This document shows, one piece after another, positions 28,471-40,575 of a DNA stretch of 64,000 bases. Both the position numbers and the translations under genes were made by a program. Origin of the DNA: Eledone cirrhosa (Eukaryota); NCBI GenBank assembly GCA_964016885.1, contig OZ024743.1, forward strand, positions 7,006,001 to 7,070,000, written 5' to 3'. Position 1 is the first letter of the stretch. The number at the start of each line of letters is the position of its first letter. The notes beneath the pieces are model-generated. The model saw only the letters and a program-made list of their open reading frames with translations. It searched no databases and was not told the DNA's origin.

Positions 28471-28810
28471 TAGTTGAGATAAATTATAGTGTGATTACTG
28501 GATAACACTTGAATGGTTTTCACATATTGCTAAGTGATTTCTTCTGGTTACTACACTACTGTTTCATTGTATTTTTGTCTTTCATAATTTGGTATGATTT
28601 TACTGACTGGATTTCCTTCCTATCATCAACCCCTTACAGCATGGACTGAGTTTGTTTATTGTGCCAGCAGCACTCAAGTAATGGTCTTTTGGGACTGAAG
28701 TGTCTTCCTTTTCACTGTGTCAATTCTAATAAAAAAATTGCTTATGTTTATAAATTTGTGATATTTTCATTTCATTGTTAAAGTTTTTGATAATTTTTGT
28801 CTTTTTTCAG

Positions 28811-28932
28811 CGTCTTCTAACATCATTCGTAAATAAATTGTTTACACCAGAGAGCTTTGATGCTGACTTTGTTTTGGTAAATAATGTTGAAGGTCAACCC
28901 GGCAAGAGTATTATTATGCCGGAAGGTGTCAG
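28811..28932 (+). CDS. DYNC1H1: dynein HC exon (RLLTSFVNKLFT...MPEGV)
   Basis: cag|CGT ... GTC AG|gtaaaa. Confidence 0.94.
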
Positions 28933-29599
28933 GTAAAATTCGTCTTAATTTTGTTTCAATTAATTCAATAGTGCAATACATTAGTTTTTAGATCCAACCT
29001 TTTATGAACATTTTTATCTGGTAGATTTTATAATCTATTTATCAGCAGCATCCACTATTATTGTAGACACTCGTAATCTGGTATGGTTAATGTTTAGTTT
29101 GGGTGTCTATAGATTGATGTCTATAGGAAAAATGTTGGTGGGAAATGAATTCTTGAGCATTACAGTTTTGGGTAGGAATGATTGAACAAAGTGTAGGTTC
29201 CTCTATCTTCATCTTTATCTACATTTCAACATTTCTCTTGTTAATTCTAACTATTAGATCAATTTTAACATTGATCTTAAGTGTACACTTTAATCTTATA
29301 ATTCTAAATCATTGTTTCTAATTGGCATATTTCTTTTTGTCTTCAATTCTCATAATACATTGAATTTCTACTACTTTTCTATACAGTGAGCAAGATAATC
29401 TATCCCTTAATGTCAATTTTTCCTGGTGATAACTCTATTTAGATACTATAAATTTTACTTGTTAGATACGAAATAGTTTAAGCTTTTACTATGGCCTCAT
29501 TAAAATTACTTTAGATTTTAGTTCCTAGGTATTTTGTTTACAAATTCCTCTATAAGAAGGATGTTAAATCCAAGAAAAATTCTGTTTTTTATCTTGTAG

Positions 29600-29703
29600 G
29601 AGAGAGCAGTTTTTGCAGTTTACGGGCACTCTTACTGACCGGCAATCACCAACATGGCTAGGTTTGCCCAACAATGCTGAGCGAGTATTATTAACCAAGT
29701 TAG
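29600..29703 (+). CDS. DYNC1H1: dynein HC exon (REQFLQF...[16 protein letters not shown])
   Basis: tag|G AGA ... TTA G|gtaagt. Confidence 0.95.
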
Positions 29704-30135
29704 GTAAGTTTAACATTTCTTTCTTTTGTATCCTTTGGTTTACCTTTCACAAAGGAATTAGAAGAAAATGTCTAAAATAAGTTTCTTTATTCAAATGTTT
29801 GTTGTAGTTTTAGTTGACAGACCATTGTGAAAAATTACAATATTAGAGTAATGACTTTCATTTTTAATGTGATACAGTCAATGTTGTTTTGTACTTTTCA
29901 TAGATGTTTTGCTAATGTGATTTCAAGTAGTATAGGATGTTCAGTTATGTGCTGATAACTGTACTCAATAATTTAATTTATCTAAAAACAAATGTTATAT
30001 GAGAGGAAAGGAAAGTGTAGTTAAAAATAGAATCTTTTGATTTTACCTTTTATATTCTCTTGGTTGTAAAATTATTCTTGTAAATCAAATAATTACAAGC
30101 ATTACACCATTTTGTAATCTTTTTCAACCTTAAAG

Positions 30136-30302
30136 GCTCTGATATGATAGCCAAATTAATGAAAATGCAGCTTTTGGAAGATGAGGACCTCGCTGTTACC
30201 ACATCGATTGAACAAAGTGAGAAACGTCTAACTGATGGCCGTCCTGCTTGGATGAGAACTCTGCAAAATTCTGTTTCTGGATGGCTTCAACTCGTACCCA
30301 AG
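30136..30302 (+). CDS. DYNC1H1: dynein HC exon (...KMQLLEDED...DGRPAWMRTL...)
   Basis: aag|GC TCT ... AAG|gtaatg. Confidence 0.93.
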
Positions 30303-30743
30303 GTAATGTTGGTCTATGTTTTATAATTTCATGATGTTCCATGAATTTAAAAAAAAAATTTTTTTAGATTTTCTATTTAGTTAGATAAAATTTGGAAAAT
30401 ATTTGAGAATTGATTAATCAATAACTTGAAGGGATTTAGTAATACAACTAACTTTATCATTATTAAGTTGGTGTTTGAAATATAATTTAATAAAGTTTTT
30501 TACATAAAATCAGGAAGGGAAAGTTTGAGAAATTTAAGCACTCTAAAATAGTTTTGTATCACAGAACCAGGAGTTGTTTCTAGTGGTTTGGTATCAAACA
30601 GGTTATGGTCAGAGATAAGAATATGTTTAGTCAGTAAAATAATCCCTTGTCTAATAATAGCCATATCCAGTGAACTCTATTAGTTTGAATTTATTTTTCT
30701 TAAACCAAATCAGTGAAAGTTTTTTTTTTATTTTAATCTTTAG

Positions 30744-30936
30744 AACCTTGGCTCTCTGAAAAGAACAATGGAAAATATTAAAGATCCCTTGTTTAGATTC
30801 TTTGAGCGTGAAGTCAATGCTGGATGTCGTTTGCTCAGTGATGTTCGTCAAGACCTCACTGATATTGTAATGGTATGTTCAGGAGAGAAGAAACCCACCA
30901 ATCATCACCGATCAATGATGGATGACCTCATTAAAG
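30744..30936 (+). CDS. DYNC1H1: dynein HC exon (...[20 protein letters not shown]...)
   Basis: tag|AAC ... AAA G|gtattt. Confidence 0.95.
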
Positions 30937-31231
30937 GTATTTTCAATGAAAAAAATTAAAATAATTTTTCTTCATACATTTGAGTTTCTATTAGTTTCAA
31001 TATTTAAAGTGCTTTGAATAATTAGAACTTATTAACATTAACTTTTCATATTTGTTAGTAAGTAACTGTTTAAAGACTAAATATAATTCTTTCAACTGAA
31101 ATTTGATATTTTCCCCAATCTATAGTTTACCTTCCTTACACTCACACACAAAAGCCTGGTTGAGTCTGCTGAGTTCTTATTCTGAATTGTCCACAAATCA
31201 GAATAATTTATAATATTTTCTCTTTAGAAGG

Positions 31232-31520
31232 TAAGAGGCAGAGATATTGTTGTAAAAAAGATTTATTCCCAACCATCTGGTTTTATGTTCATTCCCATTA
31301 TGTAGTTTATTGGACAAGTGTCTTCTACTACAACCACGAGTTGATCAATGTCTTGTGAGTGAAATATGGTTGACAGAAACTGCAGAAGTTCACTGTGTGT
31401 ACACATATCTGTGTTTGTTTACTGTTTGTGCCCTGTAACTTAGCAGTGCAACAAAATAAATACCAGACTTGAAGTGATATGTATTGGTGTCAATATAATC
31501 AACTTAATTGAAACCAGTAA
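31232..31520 (+). mobile_element. SINE of the second family, diverged
   Basis: ttggacaagtgtcttctacta...cttgtgagtgaaat...cagaaactgcagaag. Confidence 0.65.
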
Positions 31521-31616
31521 GAAAAAGAAAATTACTGCTGCAAAATAACATGTTTCTGTTTTTACATATTGATCACTGGCATTATTGGTAAAAAAATGTT
31601 TTCATTGGCCTTGTAG

Positions 31617-31759
31617 GTATAATTCCTAATTCTTGGAAGAGATACACTGTTCCTAGTGGTTTAACTGTTATTCAGTGGATCACTGATTTTAGTGAGAGAG
31701 TGAAACAACTACACTATATTATATCACAGACAACTTCTGGTGGAGCTAAGGAGCTAAAG
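31617..31759 (+). CDS. DYNC1H1: dynein HC exon ([13 protein letters not shown]...[13 protein letters not shown]...)
   Basis: tag|GT ATA ... AAG|gtaaat. Confidence 0.95.
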
Positions 31760-31870
31760 GTAAATACCAAGTTTTCAAAAGTGTAAAGAAGAGTTTTTTT
31801 GTGTGTGTGTGTGAATTGCGTGGGGAGTGGGGTGGGGTGCCACTTTTTTCTTTTTTTAATTATAAAATGT

Positions 31871-32090
31871 GGGCGATGGATTGGCAATATTGGTAGAACT
31901 GCGGAGAGTATGCTTTATGGCATAGTTACGGCCCTTTACGATTTAAGTTCAAATCCTGCCAAAGGTAGCTTTGCCTTTCATCCTTACAGGGTCGATAAAA
32001 TAAAGTACCAGTCATGCACTGGGGTAGATTTAATCGACTTTTCCCTCCCTCCAAATTGCTGGCCATGTGCCAAATGTAGAAACAATTATT
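31871..32090 (+). mobile_element. tRNA-derived SINE with Nin/Deu-like central domain
   Basis: A box TGGCAATATTGG, B box AGTTCAAATCC, ttgcctttcatccttacagggtcgataaaa core, (TTA) tail. Confidence 0.85.
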
Positions 32091-32953
32091 ATATAGTGTA
32101 TTATTTTTTTAATTTACATATGAAAGAAAAGATGAGTATACATATCACATACTATATGTGTATATCTATAAATCATGCATGATGCAGTCATTGGTTAGAT
32201 AAGTCAATAAAATATAGCTTATAAATTTATGATGGTCTATATTAGTAAAATTTACTTTCAAAAAATTTACAAATAATATCTAAATTGTTTGGATCATGAA
32301 GAGAAAAATATAATTCATAGAAATATATATGAACTAAGTCAGTGATGCTAAAACTATGGTATGTGTTAACAGCGACATGCTGTAGACTTTTAGGTGACAC
32401 TTAAAATTAAGGCACACTTTTTTAATTTCATTTTATCCTTGCTTTATAAGTATATTTTGAAATTTCAAGTTATGTTTTATTAAAACCTATTTAATAATTT
32501 AACAGAAAATGTTTAAAAATAGGTTTGTTAATTCAAACGTTTATAGTACCTTTACTAGTGAACAGATCATCTTTAGTGTCTGATAAAATACTTTACATCA
32601 TTTGTTGTGGCTCTTTACATTCTTGGTTCAAATCCTGCCAAGGTCAACTCTGCCTTTCCTCCTTCCTGGTTCAATAGAGCATCAGTCAACTAGGATCAAA
32701 ATAATTGACTTCTCTCCAAAAGACTGTCATGGAGAAGAAACACTGACATGCATGGGTAACTGCTGGTCTTCCACAAAACATCTTGTCCTGGCCTGTGCCT
32801 TGTAGAGGAACTTTCTAGATGCAGATCCATGGAAGACTCATGTCACCAACCCTGTTTAATTCTTACTGTTTCTTGTTACAAGTAGGCCTCATACTCGTTT
32901 TCAAAAATTTGTTTTATTTTATTAACAACAAAGTATTTTTTCTTTTCTGACAG

Positions 32954-33064
32954 AATATTAATGTTTGGCTGGGTAAACTTTTCATCCCTGAGGCCTATAT
33001 TACAGCAACACGCCAGTACGTAGCACAAGCAAATAGTTGGTCTTTGGAAGAACTACATCTTGAG
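32954..33064 (+). CDS. DYNC1H1: dynein HC exon ([34 protein letters not shown])
   Basis: cag|AAT ... GAG|gtaaac. Confidence 0.95.
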
Positions 33065-33210
33065 GTAAACAGATTTCTGTATTTTTTATGAATTTTTAGG
33101 AATTATAGTTCTATCTTTTGGTTTTCATTTACTATCATATTAAGGTTTTGATTATTTTAAGATTTGTTACATTTTTAAAACTAATTGCAGGAAGTGATTT
33201 AATGTCATTA

Positions 33211-33400
33211 GTAGATTGGCAGTATTGGTAGAGGGTCGGACGCGATGCTTTGACGCATAGAGTTACGGCCCTTGCTATTCTGAGTTCAAATCCCGCCGAG
33301 GTTAACCTTGACGCATAGAGTTACAGGGGTCGATAAAATATAGTACCAGTAATGTACTGGGTAATTGCTGGCATTGTGCCAAAAGTAGAAACAATTATTT
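33211..33400 (+). mobile_element. tRNA-derived SINE, same family
   Basis: A/B boxes, ggggtcgataaaat core, same tail. Confidence 0.85.
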
Positions 33401-33893
33401 ATATTGCAAATTATCCAATCTAGTTAAAATTATAATTCAATTAAAATACACAACTACATTTTGAAGCAATTACATTTTATCCCTTTTAATACCAAATTAC
33501 CTGAAACCACCCCTAACTCTAAAATACTAAGCCATTTGTTTTAAAGTTTTCATATTTATCTAAGAAACCTGCCATCATAATTTATGTAAGAATACCAGAT
33601 AAATAATGAAGTTCCTTCAAAATTGTTGATTATTTTCAAAATTATTTAAAACAGTGTATTTCATTAGAAATCTGATAAAGAAAGGATTAAAGAGATGATC
33701 TCTAATTTAAATCTTAAGATTAATCATCAAGGTATCTTCCTGTTATCTGATGAAATAAAAAAAAAATTACCAAAATGAAATTTTGTATTTATGCCAGTAT
33801 AAAAGGAGCAATAAGTTTCTCTGTAGAATTAGTAGCCTCAATGATACATAATAGGATTGTTGTTTTGATTATTTTTGTCTTATTGTTTTTTAG

Positions 33894-33954
33894 GTTGCTG
33901 TTTTGAGTGGAAAGACTGCACCTTCACCTGATGATTGCAGCTTTGCTATGACAG
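33894..33954 (+). CDS. DYNC1H1: dynein HC exon (VAVLSGKTAPSPDDCSFAMT)
   Basis: tag|GTT ... ACA G|gtttgg. Confidence 0.9.
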
Positions 33955-35238
33955 GTTTGGCATTTACTTATATTTAACTATACATCATCATCATTACAAT
34001 GTTATATCAGCTCTCCATGTTGACTTGATTTGGTTGTGTTGTCACAGTTTGAGATTAAACATATTGGAGAACCACGTCTTGCTCCTATGTTCCATTTTTG
34101 GCATGCTTTCTAAGGCTAGATGACGTTTGCAAAGTGTACAAGGTGCATTTTGCATGGCACCAGCACTACCACTTATACTGTGTGCTGTGTTCATTTTATT
34201 GTGGTGCCAACACTACCACTTTATACAATGGACTGGGTGTATTTTATTGGGGCTCTAGCACTAGAAAGCTTATATTTAACTAAAATTGTTTCCTATTCAT
34301 ATAACTTTTATAGGTTTAGGCCAGCATTTGCCCAAGCCATGTCTCGCTTAATATCGCTACCTGGTGAATTCTTTCTAATCATGATTCACACTTCAGTCAT
34401 GTTTTGGACACTATGGCCCACTCAAATAAGATTGTTTTCAGAGATATATCTGGATGTAGGGGGTTTATCTGGAATTTCTTGGAGGAATTTGTCCAAAGAC
34501 ATTTTGACTTTTATGGGATCTGTTTCTGATTTTGTGTTTTGGTGTGATATTAAATTAAAGAGAACAGGACCAGTTGAGGTGAAATAATTGTGTTGTAATA
34601 TTATAAGATGTTAGTTTGATTTTTGTAGTCTGCTATAGCATAGGGCTTAAATCTTAAGTGGGCTTTAAAGATGATGCCAGCACCATTTGATCAGTACTGA
34701 TAGAATATTTTTTACATCATGCAGATGATGTAGTTTTTCATGCTGGTGTTGGAGAGAGTAGAATTTGAGATTTTCTAGTTGACCCCAATAGTCAAGGCCT
34801 GTCATGCTGTCTATCTTTTTTGTAATAGACCTTTGGGGTGCTTTAATTTTCATAATACTTTGTAGATAAAAGAATTAAATGAAATTTTGAATATTTATTT
34901 GAATTAAAACAGATCTTTGTTTTATTTAGATAACTTGACAATAACTAACTTAATAACTAATGATTTAACTTTGTAGTTTAATAAACCTGATTTAAGAACA
35001 TAATACATAAGTCTATTAATAAATTTACTCTCTAACCACTAAGCCACTGCATCTTCCCTTTCATTTCTATGATTTCACTTTCCCATGGGGATATCTGGAT
35101 GAGTCTGCTATGTAATATATTTCTAGCAGTGTTTCTTAATTTTGTTTCTTTCTTACCTTTTGTTTTTAAATAGCAAGGCTTAAATAGTAGCATAACTTTT
35201 CTACAAAAAAAGTCACTCTCATTACATGTGTAGAATGA

Positions 35239-37812
35239 ATATCATCATCATCATCATCAACGTTTAACGTCCGTGTTCCACGCTTGCATGGGTTTGGACG
35301 GGGGTAGTCCCACTTGAGGCAAGAGTGATTGTCTTGCTCGCATAGGACTGTCTGGCAGGTTTTCTACAGTTGGATGCCCTTCCTAACACCAACCACATTT
35401 ACAGTGTGGGTCTGGGAGGTTTTTACCGTGTTGCCTACACGGCCACATTACAGCGTGGACTGTGTTTTTTTGTCGTGACACCTACACGATCTCATTTGTT
35501 TCGGCCTGGATGGTGTGGCACCAACACAACTTTACATAGAACGGGGTGGTGTGGATGGGGGGGGGGGGGGGGGTTATTTTGTTAGAGATGCCTACTGGCT
35601 GTAGTAGGTTTTACTATGTATTGAGGTAAGGCGGGTCTTCTCTGTTACTGAGTACCGCCAAAGGTCTCGGTCCAGTGACATTGTCTTGGAGAGGTGTAAG
35701 TGTGTGAGGTCGGAGTTTATCAGCTCGTCCCAGGTTTTTCTAGGTCTGCCTATTCCGTGGCTACCGTCTATCTTTATTGCCCTGCACTTTGTTATACAGC
35801 TATCGACTTTCATGCGCATCACGTGTCCATACCAACGTAGCCTTCTCTCGAGTAAACAACATCTGATCCCTCTTATTTCTAATTTTTTCCTTAGTTCGTT
35901 TATGCTTTGCCGTTCACGTATATTACTGTTACACATCCAGCGGAGCATGCAAGCTTCGTTCCTCTCTAGTCTGCGTATATCCTCTGCACACAATGCCCAG
36001 GTCTCACTGCCATGCAACATTGCTGTTCGTATGCAGGCATCGTACAACCTGCCTTTCATTTTTAGGGAGAACCCTTTAGCAGCTAATAGTGGTATAAGCT
36101 CTCTGAACTTTTTCCAACCAGTTCTGACTCTAGCTACTGTACTTTCAGAGCACCCTCCCCCACTGCTGATTTTATCACCCAGGTAACGGAAACTGTCCAC
36201 TATTTCTATAGAACCCTCTGCGCAATTGAAAGAGCTAGTATTTTGTGGGCACTTGCTGCTACTTATTGCACCAGAGCACCGGCCACATGTAAAATCTATG
36301 TTCTTAGTTAGCTTACCTGTGATCCCACTACATCTTTTATGCACCCATACTTTGCATTTAGGACATAAAATGGAGTTTCTACCTACGCCTTTCCTACACA
36401 CCGAGCACGACCATTTTCCAGAAGGGACCACCGCCTTATTTTCTTTCCTACAAACTAGAACTTTAGTCTTAGCCAGGTTAATTTTAAGTCCTTTTGATTC
36501 TAGGCCGTGCTTCCATGTTTGGAATTTCTTCTCTAGCTCGGCCATTGATTCCGCTATGAGTGTCAGGTCGTCTGCGTATAGGAGTTCCCATGGGCAGCCG
36601 GTCTTGAACTCCTCTGTTATAGCCTGAAGGGCAATAATAAATAGTAGGGGGCTGAGAACAGAGCCCTGATGGACGCCAACTTTTACGCTAAACTCTTCAC
36701 TATATTCGTTGTTAATTCTAACCTTGCTGACTGTTTCTTTATACATGGCTTGTATAGCTCTCACAAGCCATTCGTCAACGCCTAGTTTTCTAAGAGCCCA
36801 CCAGATAATGGAGCGGGGGACTCTGTCGAAGGCTTTCTCCAAGTCGACAAAAGCTAAGTAGAGGGGTTTACCTTTAGCTAGGTACTTCTCCTGTAGTTGT
36901 CGTACAATGAAAAGAGCGTCTGTGGTACTTTTGCCTGACACAAACCCGAACTGCATTTCATCTAGGTCAATTCTCTCTCTGATTAGTTGTGCTATTACTT
37001 TTTCCGTGACCTTCATGACCTGGTCGATTAATTTAATGCCTCTATAGTTACTCCTATCTAGGGCGTCTCCTTTACCCTTATAACAGTTAACGATGATGCT
37101 GCTATGCCAGTCCTTCGGAACAACCCCATTCTGTACGACTTGGTTAACTATGCGGGTGACTATGGTGTGTCCCACCGTGCCAGATGCCTTCAGCATCTCA
37201 GCAACTATTTCCGAAGGCCCAGCCGCCTTACCCGTCTTCATATCCTTGATTGCCTTACTTATTATACTCCCCTCGACTAACACTGCTGGTCCCTCTATTG
37301 GGTCGATATGGGGGAGACTGTCTTTCTCCCATTTATTCTCCTCATTTAATAGCCTTTCATAGTGACACTTCCAAGCTACCTTCTTATCAGCGTCGGTGAT
37401 GGCAAGTGTGCCATCGTCGTTTAGTACACACTTCTCCCCGACAATATCACGGTTTTCCTTGACGCATTGCCTAGCAATCCTGAACACCTCACGTTTTTGG
37501 TCATCGCGTTGTAGAACATGCTTGAACTTTCTTTCCTCAGCTTCCCTTCTTGCTAAGTACACTTGTCTCTTAGCTTCCCTCCTGGCCACTTGATAGTCTT
37601 CTCTACTTCCCCCATTCCGCCATACTTTCCAAGCCTGCTTTTTGGCCTTAATTGACCCCTCCACCTTACTGTTCCACCACCATGTTACTCTCCTCCTGCT
37701 TACAGGCCTGCTCCAGCCACAGACTTCGTCTGTCGCCAACAGCAGGTTTGCTTTCAGAAATTCCCACTCTCCCTCTATATTGTCCGACTCTAAATGTTCT
37801 TCCTTACTAAAG
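35239..37812 (-). mobile_element. RTE-clade LINE, 5'-truncated, in a dynein intron
   Basis: 715-aa open frame (YRGIKL, QFGF, DLEKAFD, GVHQGSVLSP, YADD, FRYLG, RLRWYGHV, GRPRKTW); 3' UTR with sub-repeats; (GAT)n tail. Confidence 0.93.
35592..37739 (-). CDS. RTE reverse transcriptase with internal PHD finger, N-terminally truncated
   Basis: ORF track; the frame stays open to about 37812 and has no genuine start codon. Confidence 0.8.
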   Translation of the reverse strand: MATDEVCGWSRPVSRRRVTWWWNSKVEGSIKAKKQAWKVWRNGGSREDYQVARREAKRQVYLARREAEERKFKHVLQRDDQKREVFRIARQCVKENRDIVGEKCVLNDDGTLAITDADKKVAWKCHYERLLNEENKWEKDSLPHIDPIEGPAVLVEGSIISKAIKDMKTGKAAGPSEIVAEMLKASGTVGHTIVTRIVNQVVQNGVVPKDWHSSIIVNCYKGKGDALDRSNYRGIKLIDQVMKVTEKVIAQLIRERIDLDEMQFGFVSGKSTTDALFIVRQLQEKYLAKGKPLYLAFVDLEKAFDRVPRSIIWWALRKLGVDEWLVRAIQAMYKETVSKVRINNEYSEEFSVKVGVHQGSVLSPLLFIIALQAITEEFKTGCPWELLYADDLTLIAESMAELEKKFQTWKHGLESKGLKINLAKTKVLVCRKENKAVVPSGKWSCSVCRKGVGRNSILCPKCKVWVHKRCSGITGKLTKNIDFTCGRCSGAISSSKCPQNTSSFNCAEGSIEIVDSFRYLGDKISSGGGCSESTVARVRTGWKKFRELIPLLAAKGFSLKMKGRLYDACIRTAMLHGSETWALCAEDIRRLERNEACMLRWMCNSNIRERQSINELRKKLEIRGIRCCLLERRLRWYGHVMRMKVDSCITKCRAIKIDGSHGIGRPRKTWDELINSDLTHLHLSKTMSLDRDLWRYSVTEKTRLTSIHSKTYYSQ

Positions 37813-37856
37813 TGTTACAAAATAAGATTATTTAAACATATTTGTTATATTTTTAG

Positions 37857-37953
37857 GCTTGAAACTTCAAGGGGCTATTTGTAAAGACAACAAGCTTCAG
37901 TTATCATCAACTATTTCTACAGACCTACCAATTACATTACTTCGTTGGGTCAA
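37857..37953 (+). CDS. DYNC1H1: dynein HC exon ([14 protein letters not shown]...LRWV)
   Basis: tag|GC TTG ... GTC AA|gttagt. Confidence 0.93.
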
Positions 37954-38770
37954 GTTAGTATATATTTTTAATCCCTTTGTTTTTCGTCAATAACTTAATG
38001 CTGTTTTTTATGATTTAATTCAGTTGCAGTTAGACTCAGTATGTCAATATATAAATCACATATAAGTATATATATATTTTTTAATATGTATTTCTCAAAT
38101 GATCTAATGGATGAACATTGTGACAATGGTTTCAACTTAACTATTGTCAAGAAAGAAAAGAACTAAAGTCTACTTGAAATAAGTATTTTATGAAGAATGT
38201 TCTCTAAGCTGTTTGTTCCTACTATTCCATTTTGTTTAATTCTTAACATTCTGTAATGATTTTGCAGAAAATATCTAAAAATGGGTTAATTTAAATGTTT
38301 ATATTATCATTACTACTGGATAGATTGTTGTGGAAATTTACAATATTAGAGTAAAGACTTCAAATAGTAATGTGATGCAGTCATGGTGTTGTTTTTTAAC
38401 TGCAATTTCATGTGGTACAGGATGTTAAAAGTTAAACTGTCAACATTTTGTATTGGTTTTTCTAAATATTTTTGTAGTATTCATTAAGAATAGTGGAAAA
38501 TTATGGCTGAAATTATTTCTCATTCTAAATTCTAGCAAATATTAGTTAATACAAATATAGAATTATTTTAAAATTAAAACAATCTATATTCTTTTTTTAA
38601 TTACTTTAAAAAAATTTTTTTTTTACAAATCTCTTTCAGAAAATAAAGTAGACTTTTTTATAGATCATTCAATATTGGATGAATAAAATAAACTAATTTC
38701 CCCTCATACATGACATTACCCCTTTTTTATTTTTTTTATTTTATTTTATTTATTTACTTATTTTCTATAG

Positions 38771-38936
38771 GAAAGATGATACTGCTAAGAAACACCACCG
38801 AGTTACACTTCCAGTGTATTTGAATGCAGCTCGAGTTCAGTTATTGTTCACTTTGGAATTTGAAACTGATGGAGGAAGAACTGAGCATGAATTTTATGAG
38901 AGAGGTGTTGGAGTTATTAGCTCTGATTTGGCCTAA
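38771..38936 (+). CDS. DYNC1H1: dynein HC last coding exon (...VTLPVYLN...FYERGVGVISSDLA*)
   Basis: tag|G AAA ... GCC TAA. Confidence 0.95.
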
Positions 38937-39036
38937 GTAAAAAAAAATAAAGAAAACAATACATTTAATAATATGGTAAATACAATATTAAGTTGATTAC
39001 AATAACCGTTATATTATAATTGCATGCTATTTTATC

Positions 39037-39042
39037 AATAAA
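39037..39042 (+). terminator. Candidate polyadenylation signal of dynein HC
   Basis: AATAAA about 100 nt after the stop with a downstream T/GT-rich tract; a second AATAAA lies at 38946-38951. Confidence 0.4.
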
Positions 39043-39486
39043 GGTTTATGCGTGTATATATAAAAACTTGTTTGTATTCTTATTTGATGTATTGAACATT
39101 TAGGAAGTTTTTATTATTTAATCAGACTAATATCTAGTAAAATCCTGTGGCAATAGAAATATATTTGGTGTGTTTAATCTTAACTTTCCCTTTTGCTTAA
39201 TATCACAGCAAAAACATGTCATTGTTAAAAATTAGGCTTTGTTTAGAATATTTAAGTTTGAGAAAAGATGAATTAAATGTTCATATGCTTAATTGGGTGA
39301 TTGTCTGACATTCAAAACGAGTAATAAAAGAACTGGTGAAGCATTTTTTCAACTAGTGGAATTGAGTTTTACATATAGTTATTCAAAACGAAGCTATAGA
39401 ATTGTCAGCATTTGGATATTGTATAATCTTTGGAGAAAATATTGCTATAGTTTATAGAGTGAACATATTTAATTTGATCAAATCCT

Positions 39487-39704
39487 CGCTGTAAAGTGGT
39501 TGTGTAGGCATCGCGACAAAAAGCACCCAGTACTCACTGTAAATGAGGTTGACGCAAGGAAGGGCATCCAGTTGTAGAAACAAAGTCAAAATCGGTTCTG
39601 TATGAGCAAGACATGGTCACCTGACCAAGCTTTGGTCACAACAGGATAACTCATCTAACCCATGCTAGTGTGGAAAAATGGACATTAAACAGTGATGATG
39701 ATGA
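39487..39704 (+). mobile_element. RTE 3'-UTR fragment
   Basis: Same 3' UTR motifs and (GAT)n tail. Confidence 0.8.
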
Positions 39705-40575
39705 ATGAAAGCAAGGTCTTTAACCATCTAAATATTGGTTACTGCAGATAAATATTTATTATTTTTAAATTTATTTGAATTAGCATGAGCAAACTGTTTT
39801 TTGCAAATTGGCCATTTGCTTATTTTTGTAGGCAGTGGTTATACCACAAGATCCCTTTTTAACATACACAATGGTGAGACTAGTAGCATGTAGAAGCATT
39901 TTGCAATATTGTAAAATTTATGTAATATCAAATACTCAGTAAGTAGAAACTGAGGCATAAAAGTTCTGTGGTGGGGATAAAAATTCTACCATTATTCTAT
40001 TTTTTTTTTTTTTTTTTTTTTTAAGAATAGGGATAGTGGCTTCTTAGACTGGCAAATGGGAGTTACTACATAAGATTGATAGTGTTATTAATGTGGATGT
40101 TTTAAAGGTTTGTGTTTGAAGAGAAAACAATTAACAGAGGAAGTTACAGAAGGATACCTTTTGAGGGAAGGGTTGAGCTATATCTAGTAGGCTAGTTGAG
40201 GGAATCGTAGTGACAGGAGCGACAAGGATCAAGTTTGAGAGGGAGTGGTTATTGTAATGTCAGAAGAAACAGGAAACAGAACTCAATGAAAATATATCAA
40301 TCAAATAGATGGCCATTTAAACAATTTCAAAATGATAAATACACAGATGTGCAAGGGTGTGGCTGAGGCACAGCTCAGACTGGGGTGTAGTGACTGTGTC
40401 CCCCCCCCCCCCCCCCCCTCTCTCTCTCTTTCGTTGCTTGATCCTTTTTTTTTTTTTTTTTCTGTTCCTTTTAATAGTGGGGTTTTTTTTTTTTTTTTTA
40501 GATACTACTCAATATGTACTCATATCTTACATAGATAGATAGTCATTTTAGTACTCTCTCTCTCTCTCTGTGTAT

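Noticed and set aside
31871-31960. tRNA genes at A-box/B-box motifs (also 33211, 59660, 62696, 26990)
   Set aside because: No cloverleaf; each is followed by a SINE body and tail.
35686-37884. Plus-strand ORFs overlapping LINEs (also 10944-12610, and minus-strand 40762-41349 and 50081-50527)
   Set aside because: Antisense shadow frames of RT coding sequence.
38934-38996. Stop-codon read-through or extra exon at the dynein end (TAAGTAA)
   Set aside because: The protein already ends at the expected conserved C-terminus; the downstream sequence is an A-rich UTR.
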